Source: Polyangiales bacterium
GTDB taxonomy: Bacteria > Myxococcota_A > Polyangia > Polyangiales > Polyangiaceae
Length of the DNA: 17,907 bases
Assembly: GCA_038230375.1 (NCBI GenBank)
Contig: JBBRNJ010000124.1
Coordinates: 1-17,907 of the forward strand
Reading direction: 5' to 3'
Shown: piece by piece, positions 1-7,262 of the stretch
Position numbering within the stretch: the first letter of the stretch is position 1
Layout of the letters: every line of letters starts with the position of its first letter
The notes under the pieces: generated by a model
What the model was told of the DNA's origin: nothing
What the model saw: the letters and a program-made list of their open reading frames with translations, nothing else
Databases searched by the model: none
Program-made: the position numbers and the translations under genes

Positions 1-36
1 CAGCACCGCCAGGCTCGCCATCGCCCACGCCCTCAT
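1..36 (-). CDS. 5' end of a gene running off the left edge (MRAWAMASLAVL..., signal-peptide-like)
   Basis: Manual reverse-strand reading: ATG at 36 preceded by GGAG, followed by hydrophobic codons. An in-frame GTG at 90 is an alternative start. Only 12 codons visible. Confidence 0.3.
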   Translation of the reverse strand, partial: MRAWAMASLAVL

Positions 37-193
37 TCGCTGGCTCCCGCGATGCCCGCTATGCAGAAGAGAATGCGAACACGCTCTCACGCGGGCAGCG
101 CCGAGACGTTCCGGCAGGAACGACATCCCGCAGTAGTGCTAAGAGCGTGTGCCGCCTCGGCGTCGTGTGGGAAACTGCGCGACGCCGTTCAGA

Positions 194-2317
194 TCACAGC
201 AAGGAGAGGAGGCGGGCGCGCAGCGACTCACTGCTCTTCTGCGCGCGGCTCTTGACGATGTCCACCGCGTCACGTCGAGAGAGGGTCAGCGCGGTGCGCG
301 CGCACGCCACGATCAGCTCGTCGTGGGGCGCATCGCCACGGATACGCGACAGCATGCCGGAGCCAAGAAGCACCGCGGTGAGCGTCACGCGTGTCGCGGT
401 CCCTCGCGCCTCTGACATGGGCGTGGCCAGCGCGTCCGCAGCCGCGAGCCGAACCTCGAGGGCCGCCCGCTCCTGCCCGGTGACCAGCGCCTCCAGTCTG
501 CGCACGAGCGCTTGGTCGATCTCGCCCAGTGCGCCGAGCGCACGCAGCGCCGCTGCGGCAACAGCGGGTATCTCCGCGCGCGCGTACCTTCGCGCCACCT
601 CTGCCAGCTTCGGATCGGGAAGCCGGGGGATCGCCATCAGCAGGTCGCAGACCAGCGCCGCATCGGAGGTGAGGGTCTCGCCATTCGGAGCCATGCGGTC
701 GAGCGCGTCGCGTAGAACGGGGATCGCGGCCGCGCCGACCCTGCGCATGAGGGCGACGAAGCGACCACGCGACCACGTGAGATTCACGGTGCGGCTGGCG
801 TCCAGGCGCACGGCGTAGAGCGCGGAGGCGCCAGCGTGCTGCGCCCATGAAAGGATGGACGCGACGTGCTCGCTCGGCTCCGTCGGATCGGACAGCGTGC
901 GTTCGACGAGCGGTCGTAACGTCTCGCGACTCGCAATGGTCTGGAGCAGTGCGAGCGCCCGTGCACCGGGGCCCATGGCGGTCGCCGCGGAGCCGAGCTT
1001 CGCAGTGGCCTCTGCGTAGATCGCCGCCATCGCGCGGACGATGCCAGAGAGCGCCCCGGCCTCGCCGCGCTTCGCCAGCGGCAAGATCGCCATCTCCAGA
1101 TGGTCGACCGCATCTGCGAACGCAGGACCGCTCCGCAGCGCGACGATCGCATCCAGACGTTGCTTTGGCTCTGTCACCAGCTCTGTCGCAAGGAGCTCGC
1201 CCTCGTGATAGCCGCCGGAGGCCGCCGCCATCATCGAGCTGTCGTAGCTCGCCGCAGCGTCCTCGATCCACGCTTCACGGCCCCCGGTCCCAGGGGACTC
1301 CACGGGCGCCGCGTCCTGCGTCGTCTTCTTCGCGAACGGGCTCGTCAACGCGGGCGCGGAATGGGAGTCCGGCGCGAAGTGAAGCTCCTTCAATGCATTC
1401 CGCATCGCGCGGATCGAGATGAAGCGATCGGCCGGCGCCTTCGCCATGGCGCGCAGGATGATCTGCTCGAGTGCGGGGTCGAGATCTGCGATGAGCGACG
1501 ACGGTCGCGGCGGCGCATCCAGAATGTGCGCGCGCGCCAGCTCCGTCACGGTCTCGCGCTGGAATGGCAGGCGGCCCGTGACCAGCTCGAAGAGCAACAC
1601 GCCGCACGCGTAGAGGTCGGCGCGTCCGTCTATGGGTTCTCCCATCAGAACTTCCGGTGCCATGTACTCGGGTGTGCCGCAGATGTCCTCGCCGTTGCCC
1701 GTGTTCGCTGGCGCGGTCGCGATGCCGAAGTCGCAGACCTTCACCAGGTCGAACGTCAGGCCCTCGTCGTCCAGGCTGGGCACGAGCAGGATGTTCGCCG
1801 GCTTGATGTCGCGGTGAATGACGCTGCGGGCGTGCGCATGCCATAGGCCTGCGCAGATCTGGATCATCACAGCCACGGCACGCGACTGCGGCAGCGCGCC
1901 ACCGCGGAGCTCGTACTCCAGCGATCGTCCGTGCAGGTACTCCATCGATAGATAGAGGAGCCCGTTCGGCTCTTCGCCGAAGTCGATCACGCGCGTGAGG
2001 TTCTTGTGATCGAGGAGGCTCGCTGCAAGCGCCTCCGCGTGGAACCGCTCGCTGAAGACCCGCCCGGCGTTTGCGCCAGCGAGGAGCACCTTCACGGCGA
2101 CCGTCATCTGCAACTCGCGATGGGTGGCGCGATACACCTCGCCCATCGCGCCCGCCCCGAGCTTTGCGTCGAGCCGGAGCTTGCCACCGCCGAGCACCGC
2201 GCCGACGAGTTGTGGCGCTTCTGCGCGGTCGGGACAGGGTGGCTGTGACGAGTCGGTCGAGTGCTGGGGGCCGGGGGTCGCTACCAGCGCGTCGTTGTTC
2301 GGGCTGGCACGAGGCAT
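194..2317 (-). CDS. Eukaryotic-like (Hanks-type) Ser/Thr protein kinase with C-terminal helical (HEAT-like) region
   Basis: Intact kinase motifs: GAGAMGEVY, VAVK, HRDIKPAN, DFG, GTPEYMAPE, DLYACG. C-terminal half is Ala/Leu-rich and helical with no obvious TM segment. ATG 2317 preferred over GTG 2326 because of the upstream GG-N10-GC box. Confidence 0.95.
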   Translation of the reverse strand: MPRASPNNDALVATPGPQHSTDSSQPPCPDRAEAPQLVGAVLGGGKLRLDAKLGAGAMGEVYRATHRELQMTVAVKVLLAGANAGRVFSERFHAEALAASLLDHKNLTRVIDFGEEPNGLLYLSMEYLHGRSLEYELRGGALPQSRAVAVMIQICAGLWHAHARSVIHRDIKPANILLVPSLDDEGLTFDLVKVCDFGIATAPANTGNGEDICGTPEYMAPEVLMGEPIDGRADLYACGVLLFELVTGRLPFQRETVTELARAHILDAPPRPSSLIADLDPALEQIILRAMAKAPADRFISIRAMRNALKELHFAPDSHSAPALTSPFAKKTTQDAAPVESPGTGGREAWIEDAAASYDSSMMAAASGGYHEGELLATELVTEPKQRLDAIVALRSGPAFADAVDHLEMAILPLAKRGEAGALSGIVRAMAAIYAEATAKLGSAATAMGPGARALALLQTIASRETLRPLVERTLSDPTEPSEHVASILSWAQHAGASALYAVRLDASRTVNLTWSRGRFVALMRRVGAAAIPVLRDALDRMAPNGETLTSDAALVCDLLMAIPRLPDPKLAEVARRYARAEIPAVAAAALRALGALGEIDQALVRRLEALVTGQERAALEVRLAAADALATPMSEARGTATRVTLTAVLLGSGMLSRIRGDAPHDELIVACARTALTLSRRDAVDIVKSRAQKSSESLRARLLSLL

Positions 2318-2330
2318 AGGACGCACGGGT

Positions 2331-2344
2331 GCACGCGACGTGCC
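2331..2344 (-). promoter_or_regulatory. sigma54-like -24/-12 element upstream of the kinase
   Basis: Minus strand GGCACGTCGCGTGC (GG-N10-GC), 13 nt before ATG 2317. Confidence 0.6.
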
Positions 2345-2368
2345 CGTGCGCCAGCGACTACGCCCGCG

Positions 2369-2515
2369 TCAGAGTCGTCCGGTCAACCAGAGACCAACCA
2401 GCACGAGCAGGATCAAGCCGGCGGGAGACCAGCCGGCGTAGCCAACGCGAGAGTGGCCGTAGCCACCGCCGCCGAGCGCAAGAACAAGCAGCACGACCAG
2501 GATGATGAGCAACAT
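2369..2515 (-). CDS. Small membrane protein, DUF3309-like (48 aa), absent from the ORF track
   Basis: Manual translation MLLIILVVLLVLALGGGGYGHSRVGYAGWSPAGLILLVLVGLWLTGRL*. Two hydrophobic segments flank a Gly/Tyr-rich loop and the protein ends in ...LTGRL, the pattern of DUF3309 peptides. It fills the gap between two genes. Confidence 0.85.
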   Translation of the reverse strand: MLLIILVVLLVLALGGGGYGHSRVGYAGWSPAGLILLVLVGLWLTGRL

Positions 2516-2528
2516 GCACCTACACGGA

Positions 2529-2542
2529 GCACGATCCGGGCC
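2529..2542 (-). promoter_or_regulatory. sigma54-like -24/-12 element upstream of the DUF3309-like gene
   Basis: Minus strand GGCCCGGATCGTGC (GG-N10-GC), 13 nt before ATG 2515. Confidence 0.55.
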
Positions 2543-2584
2543 GTTGCTACGTCGCGTGGAGAGTCACGCGCGCCGTATCCGCGC

Positions 2585-3673
2585 CTAGCCGTGCGCGTGA
2601 TCGTCGTCCTCGCGCACGCCGTGCGCGTGCTCGTGATGGACGTCGGGCGCGTGCTCGTGGTCGTGCGTCATGCCCTGGTGTTGGTGCGCGTGGGAGTGCT
2701 CGCCGGTCACCGGTGGCTCGTGCGTGTGCGTGTGATGCCCGTCGTCGTGGCGGTGCGGGTGCTCGTGCAGGACGGGCTCGTGCGTGTGCGCGTGGTGATG
2801 GTGCTCCGTGAGGTGGAGCCACACACCTGCGGCAAAGAGCAGCACCGCGAGTCCCGCGCTGGCGGAGAGACCGCGCGAATCGCCCAGGGTCCAGGAGAGC
2901 GCCGCGCCTACGAACGGCGCCACAGCAAACACGGAGCCCGTGCGCGCCGCACCCAGCCTGCGCTGCGCGGTGAGGTAGAGGCGCAGGCTGAGCCCATAGC
3001 CCGTGGCGCCGCACGCAAGGAGGGCGGCGGTGGCGGCTGCAGAGGGCAGCGGCTCGTTCATGAGGAGCGCGACGGTGGTAGTGGCCGCGGCGCCGAGCGC
3101 GCCTTTCGCTGCGACCACGAGCACTGGATCCTGCTCCGACAGGCCCCGCGTGAGCACATTGTCTGCGGCCCATGCGAGCGTGGCGAGCGCGATCGCAAGG
3201 GCGCCAAGCGCGCTGCCTCCTCCGCCCGTCGGCGCCGTGAGCAGGAGCGCCGATGCACCGAGGGCCATGCACGCAGCGGCGAGGAGCACGCGCCGACCGA
3301 TCGCCTCGCGGAAGACGAGCCACGCGAGAAGCACCGTGAAGAGCGCCTCCAGGTTGAGGAGCAGCGAGCCGACGGTGGCTCCTGCACGCTGCAGTCCCCA
3401 TGCGAGCAGTGCGGGCGCGATCGCCGCGCCGAAGAGCGCGATCAAGAGGAGCCGCCCGAGATGCGCACGCGCGAGCGGCGCGCCGGACGATGGGAAGATG
3501 CGGCCGAACAGCGCAGAGGAGAGCGCCGCGCCCGCGTAGAGGAGCGCCGCGGTGGTGAACGGCCCCAGCCCCTGTCCGGAGCGCGCGACGATGGGCGCGG
3601 CCACGCCGAACGAGAGCGCGGCAAGGAGCGCTAGCGAGACGCCAGCGGCGATGGGCGAGGTCCTGCGGCTCAC
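2585..3673 (-). CDS. EamA/DMT family transporter with His-rich C-terminal tail
   Basis: About 10 hydrophobic segments in two EamA-like repeats (SLLLNLEALFTVLLAWLVFRE; LGAARTGSVFAVAPFVGA) and 28 His in the last 76 residues. GTG 3673 chosen because a TGCTACCCT -10 box lies 6 nt upstream (ORF track start 3694). Confidence 0.92.
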   Translation of the reverse strand: MSRRTSPIAAGVSLALLAALSFGVAAPIVARSGQGLGPFTTAALLYAGAALSSALFGRIFPSSGAPLARAHLGRLLLIALFGAAIAPALLAWGLQRAGATVGSLLLNLEALFTVLLAWLVFREAIGRRVLLAAACMALGASALLLTAPTGGGGSALGALAIALATLAWAADNVLTRGLSEQDPVLVVAAKGALGAAATTTVALLMNEPLPSAAATAALLACGATGYGLSLRLYLTAQRRLGAARTGSVFAVAPFVGAALSWTLGDSRGLSASAGLAVLLFAAGVWLHLTEHHHHAHTHEPVLHEHPHRHDDGHHTHTHEPPVTGEHSHAHQHQGMTHDHEHAPDVHHEHAHGVREDDDHAHG

Positions 3674-3717
3674 GCGATGAGGGTAGCAGGACACGGCGGT
3701 GGCGTTACACTGTCACG

Positions 3718-4152
3718 ATGCAGTTGCGCGACGTACTCATCGAGCCCATCGGCGGTGACCTGCTCGCGTTCGCGCAGTGCTGTGCGCTCGATGCGACCGT
3801 GTTCCCGCACTGCAGCCTGCCGGCAGACGCGACGCACGCCGTGCTCGTAGCGCGCGCGTCCGAGGGTGGTCCCGTGATCGGGTTCGCAGCGACGCAACGG
3901 CTCGGTCGGCGACTTGCGATCATCGGGCTCGCGGTGGACGCGAAGCACAGGCGCGGGGGCCTGGGCGGCGCGCTGCTCCGGCACGTGATCTCGCGCGCGG
4001 AGGACCTGGATCTGCGCGAGGTCGGGCTGCACGTGGCGGTGCAGAACACCGCGGCGATCGCGCTCTACGAACGCGAGGGCTTCCGGCCCGTGCGGCGCCT
4101 GCAATGGTTCTATCGCAGGGGCGACGCGTGGGAGATGGTGAAGCGGCTCTGA
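3718..4152 (+). CDS. GNAT family N-acetyltransferase (RimI-like)
   Basis: Acetyl-CoA motif A LAVDAKHRRGGLGGALL, then LHVAVQNTAAIALYEREGF and FYRRGDAWEM. Confidence 0.9.
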   Translation: MQLRDVLIEPIGGDLLAFAQCCALDATVFPHCSLPADATHAVLVARASEGGPVIGFAATQRLGRRLAIIGLAVDAKHRRGGLGGALLRHVISRAEDLDLREVGLHVAVQNTAAIALYEREGFRPVRRLQWFYRRGDAWEMVKRL

Positions 4153-4730
4153 GCGTGCTCTGCGAGCCAGCGCTCCTGGCGTCCCGGCTCCACGGTGTCC
4201 TTTCGCGCGGCCCTCACAAGCGCGATCGCGGTGTCGGCGTCGCGTCCAGTCTCGATGAGGCATGCGGCGACCACGAGGCCCGTGCGTCCAACGCCTCCGC
4301 GGCAATGAACGAGCACGTTCCTTCCGTCGCGCGCGGTCGTGAGGATGCGTGAGACAAGGGCAGTTATCGCAGCGCGGTCTCTGGGTACGCCTCCGTCCTT
4401 GATGGGAACGTGCGTGGTCTCCATTCCGAGCGCGTGCGCCTTCGTGAAGAGGTCCAACATGCGAAAGCTCTCGAGCTCCCACTGCTCGATGAGGCATGCG
4501 AGGAGCGAGATCTGGAAGGCGTCGGCGAGGCGCGCCAGGTCCGTGTCGAGATCGCGGTTCCACGGTCCGTCGATCCCCCAGGTCTTCTTCCCGGGCGCGA
4601 GGGTCATGCCGATGAGCCCCGTCGCGCCGGGAATGAGGCCCTGCGGAAGGAAGTCGACGAGGATGGGGTGCGAGGCCGAGGTCTTCGGGCTCGGCTTCTG
4701 CACAGCGCCTGGTGCCGCCGCGTGGCTCAT
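4110..4730 (-). CDS. Cys-based (CX5R) dual-specificity/tyrosine phosphatase, CDKN3-like family
   Basis: P-loop VHCRGGVGRTG, acid loop PIKDGGVP, N-terminal IGMTLAPGKK...WNRDLDTDL typical of bacterial CDKN3-like phosphatases. Start ATG 4730 overlaps the upstream stop (ATGA). Confidence 0.9.
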   Translation of the reverse strand: MSHAAAPGAVQKPSPKTSASHPILVDFLPQGLIPGATGLIGMTLAPGKKTWGIDGPWNRDLDTDLARLADAFQISLLACLIEQWELESFRMLDLFTKAHALGMETTHVPIKDGGVPRDRAAITALVSRILTTARDGRNVLVHCRGGVGRTGLVVAACLIETGRDADTAIALVRAARKDTVEPGRQERWLAEHAQSRFTISHASPLR

Positions 4731-5674
4731 GCTTTCGGAAGCATAGCGGTCCGGTTGTGGCGACCGCCGGGCACCCAGGTGATCTTCGCATCGCCTGGGT
4801 AGCGGCACTCGCGAACGTGTGCCTGCGTCTCGGGCTGCAGCAAGAACGTCTGGAAGGCGAGGGCGCCGTCCGCGTTCACGTTCGCGATCTTCGCGGGCTT
4901 CACGATGATGGAGACGAGCATGCGCTGCAGCAGCGGGTCTCCGAGCACGAGCGGTTCGAGTGTGGTCGACTTCTCGCGAAGGAACGGTGTGAGGCCCCAG
5001 AAGACGTACGCCTGCTTCTGCTCGGCCAGGTGGATGGCGTCGATCTTGCGGAACTTGCGATCGTCCAGGAGCCAACCCGCGCGATCCGGCCTTCCGGCAA
5101 CGTTCCAGAGCAGCTCGGTGAGGTAGCGGACGCCGTCGATGTCGTTCAGGACGAACGGCGACTTCGTCTGCGCGATGCGCCGGAAGGCCTCTCCCACGTC
5201 CTCGAGCCCGCGCACCTTGGCGGGATCGCTCCTCGGGCCAAGGAGCGCCATCTGGTTGGAGAAGAGCGTGCGCGGCCACTCGCCAAAGCCATCCATCACG
5301 AACTGCTCGGCGTGCTTGTGACCGTAGTGCGAGATCGCCAGGTCCGCCTTGCCGAGACGGGCCAGGCCATAGACGTCGTCAGTGGAGGTGAGCTCGATGC
5401 GGAGGCCGGACGTCTTGTTGAACTCCGCGATGAGCGACGGCAGCACGTTGCCTTCCACGGCAGTGGGCACGCTGACAACGCGAACGCGTCCCGCGTCCTT
5501 GGCCGTTGCGTCGAGCGGTGTGGCCGGCGTGGGCTCGGGCGCTGGGGGCACGACGGAAGCGTTTTCCTTCGGCTTGCTGCAGCTAGGGAGCGCACCGATG
5601 ATCGCGCCGGCCGCGGCAAGTCGCACGAAGTTGCGCCGACCACCGTGCGTGCCGCGACCGTCGCCGTTGCTCAT
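4727..5674 (-). CDS. Substrate-binding protein of TupA-like/PBP type 2 fold, predicted Tat lipoprotein
   Basis: Twin-arginine leader GRRNFVRLAAAGAIIGALPSC, Pro-rich linker, TupA-like segments GKADLAISH, NQMALLGPRSDPAKVRG, EAFRRIA, LVLGDPLL, VNADGALAFQTFLLQPETQ. True start is ATG 5674, not 6187. Confidence 0.8.
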   Translation of the reverse strand: MSNGDGRGTHGGRRNFVRLAAAGAIIGALPSCSKPKENASVVPPAPEPTPATPLDATAKDAGRVRVVSVPTAVEGNVLPSLIAEFNKTSGLRIELTSTDDVYGLARLGKADLAISHYGHKHAEQFVMDGFGEWPRTLFSNQMALLGPRSDPAKVRGLEDVGEAFRRIAQTKSPFVLNDIDGVRYLTELLWNVAGRPDRAGWLLDDRKFRKIDAIHLAEQKQAYVFWGLTPFLREKSTTLEPLVLGDPLLQRMLVSIIVKPAKIANVNADGALAFQTFLLQPETQAHVRECRYPGDAKITWVPGGRHNRTAMLPKA

Positions 5675-5738
5675 CTTCACACCGTAGCACCTCGCAAAAC
5701 ATACGCAGCGAGCCGCGAGAGCGTATCCTCGCGTTCGC

Positions 5739-6692
5739 ATGGGGCAGCGCACTCCCACGGAGACCCTCTTCGGTATCGTCGCCGCGTTCGTGGAGAAGCG
5801 CACGTGGAAGCAGGTGGAGCTCGCGCGGCGGCTTACGACGAAGCCCGAGACGATTCGCAAGCACCTCATGGAGATGCGGGCGGGCGGCTTCAAGTTGGAA
5901 CGTGAAGAGGAGCATCCGCACGTCTTCTGGAGCGTGCCGAAGAACTGGTTTCCGGGGGCACTGCTCTTCAAGGCGGACGAGGTACCCGATCTCCTTCGGC
6001 TCCTGGGTCGTTCGCCGAAGAGCAAGGGACGCGACCGCCTGTTGGAGGTGGTGGCTGAGCGCCTGCAGGGAGTGACGGGGTCACAGGCGAAGGAGCCCGG
6101 TGGCGTACACCCACCGGTTGTCACGGAGGACGAAGAGCGCTGGCTCGCCGTGATGGAGGATGCCGTGAACGCGAAGGCGGCGGTCAAGCTCCGCTACTTC
6201 ACGACGAGTACGCGCAACGAGTCGTGGCGGCACGTGTCGCCGCATCGCATCGACCTGGGCGCGCGGCCCACGTTGATCGCCACGTGTCACAAGGCGAAGG
6301 CGCTGAAACGCTTCCGGGTGAGCAACGTGCTGGACGTGCGCATGGACAAGGCGGAGGCGTTTCGTGACGTCACACAGGCCGCGCTGGACGAGCTGGACCA
6401 GGGCAGCCTCGGCGGCTTCCGGCAGGCGGGTCCGAAGGTGGCGTGCGCGTTCTTCGTGCGCGATCCCGAGGCCGCGTGGGTCGCGCGGAACCTTCCTGAC
6501 GAGCAGATCAAGCACGCGAGCGCGGATGGCGGCACGCGCTTCACGGTGGTGACGCCCGGCGTGGAGTTGCTTGCACGCTACGTCGCTGGGCTGGGAGCTG
6601 CGGCACGAGCCGAGACCGGCGAGCTCGCGGCGGCCGTGGAGAAGATCGCGAGAGGCGCGCTGGAGAACGCGCGTCCCTCCGCGATCCGTTAG
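5739..6692 (+). CDS. WYL-domain transcriptional regulator (HTH-WYL-WCX, PafBC/YafY-like)
   Basis: N-terminal HTH (WKQVELARRLTTKPETIRKHLMEM), WYL core VKLRYFTTS...RHVSPHRI...LIATCHKAKALKRFRVSNV, and WCX-like C-terminus (LLARYVAGLGAAARA). Confidence 0.88.
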   Translation: MGQRTPTETLFGIVAAFVEKRTWKQVELARRLTTKPETIRKHLMEMRAGGFKLEREEEHPHVFWSVPKNWFPGALLFKADEVPDLLRLLGRSPKSKGRDRLLEVVAERLQGVTGSQAKEPGGVHPPVVTEDEERWLAVMEDAVNAKAAVKLRYFTTSTRNESWRHVSPHRIDLGARPTLIATCHKAKALKRFRVSNVLDVRMDKAEAFRDVTQAALDELDQGSLGGFRQAGPKVACAFFVRDPEAAWVARNLPDEQIKHASADGGTRFTVVTPGVELLARYVAGLGAAARAETGELAAAVEKIARGALENARPSAIR

Positions 6693-6708
6693 CCACGGGA
6701 GGGACTGG

Positions 6709-7197
6709 TCATCGGCCTCTGCGCGCGCGCTCGTTTGCTTCGAAGAGTGCGAGCGAGCGCGGGTTCACGGTTGGTTCGGTGTCCTTCATCCACGCGGGGA
6801 GACGGCGCTTGGCGATCGCGTCGCGTATGTCCTCTTCCGTGAGGCCCAGGCGCTGCGCGGCTTCTGCGACTGTGAGCGTGTGCTGCGCAGCGAGATGCGC
6901 GGGATCCTGGCCGCGCACCGCCAGCTCTTTCCGGAGCAGGAGGTCCGCGAGTACGTACCAGAGCGGCTCCTCGAGCACGCGATGCGTGACCATCGGACGG
7001 CCGAACGTCTCCGTGTCGAGGATGGGGTTCTGCTCTCCGTAGACGAGCATGCGGACCTCCTCCACGCCTGCGCCAGCGTCCGCGACGGTCGCGCGCACCC
7101 GTTCGAGGTACGCGGCAACGTCGGGCTCCGGCTCGGGGTACTCGACGCGTTGACCAGAGATGGTCTCGTGAACGTGCAGCATGCGCGACCTGTCCAT
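6709..7197 (-). CDS. Hypothetical protein with C-terminal excisionase-like helix-turn-helix
   Basis: C-terminal TLTVAEAAQRLGLTEEDIRDAIAKRRLPA fits the HTH_17 pattern. N-terminal ~105 aa unrecognised. Alternative start at MLHVHE. Confidence 0.75.
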   Translation of the reverse strand: MDRSRMLHVHETISGQRVEYPEPEPDVAAYLERVRATVADAGAGVEEVRMLVYGEQNPILDTETFGRPMVTHRVLEEPLWYVLADLLLRKELAVRGQDPAHLAAQHTLTVAEAAQRLGLTEEDIRDAIAKRRLPAWMKDTEPTVNPRSLALFEANERARRGR

Positions 7198-7212
7198 GAG
7201 AGGACGGTGAGT

Positions 7213-7257
7213 CGCGCAGTCCGCTTAAGGGGGGCGTGCGTTGGGAGCGGCTGCGCG
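7213..7257. other. Intergenic imperfect inverted repeat (possible RNA hairpin)
   Basis: CGCGCAG(T)CCGCT at 7213-7225 pairs with AGCGGCTGCGCG at 7246-7257: 12-bp stem, one bulge, 20-nt loop, no U-tract. Confidence 0.4.
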
Positions 7258-7262
7258 TGCGC

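Noticed and set aside
79..150. 9-bp inverted repeat ACACGCTCT/AGAGCGTGT
   Set aside because: 54-nt spacer, no U-tract and no second copy. Could be chance.
2590..2810. Repetitive CGTG-rich tract as a possible CRISPR array or tandem repeat element
   Set aside because: It is the reverse complement of His codons in the EamA tail and has no repeat-spacer structure.
2261..3634. 457-aa plus-strand ORF and other long shadow ORFs (e.g. 3670-4791, 4712-5905, 11078-12250, 12398-13555)
   Set aside because: Antisense or off-frame shadows of well-supported genes, Arg/Ala-rich with no motifs. Expected in high-GC DNA.
4731..6187. N-terminal extensions of the phosphatase (to 5279) and binding protein (to 6187)
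   Set aside because: They overlap real neighbouring genes. The ATGA coupling and the Tat signal define the starts at 4730 and 5674.
6709..7197. Prophage or integrative element implied by the excisionase-like HTH
   Set aside because: No integrase, tRNA, att-like repeats or phage genes in the window.
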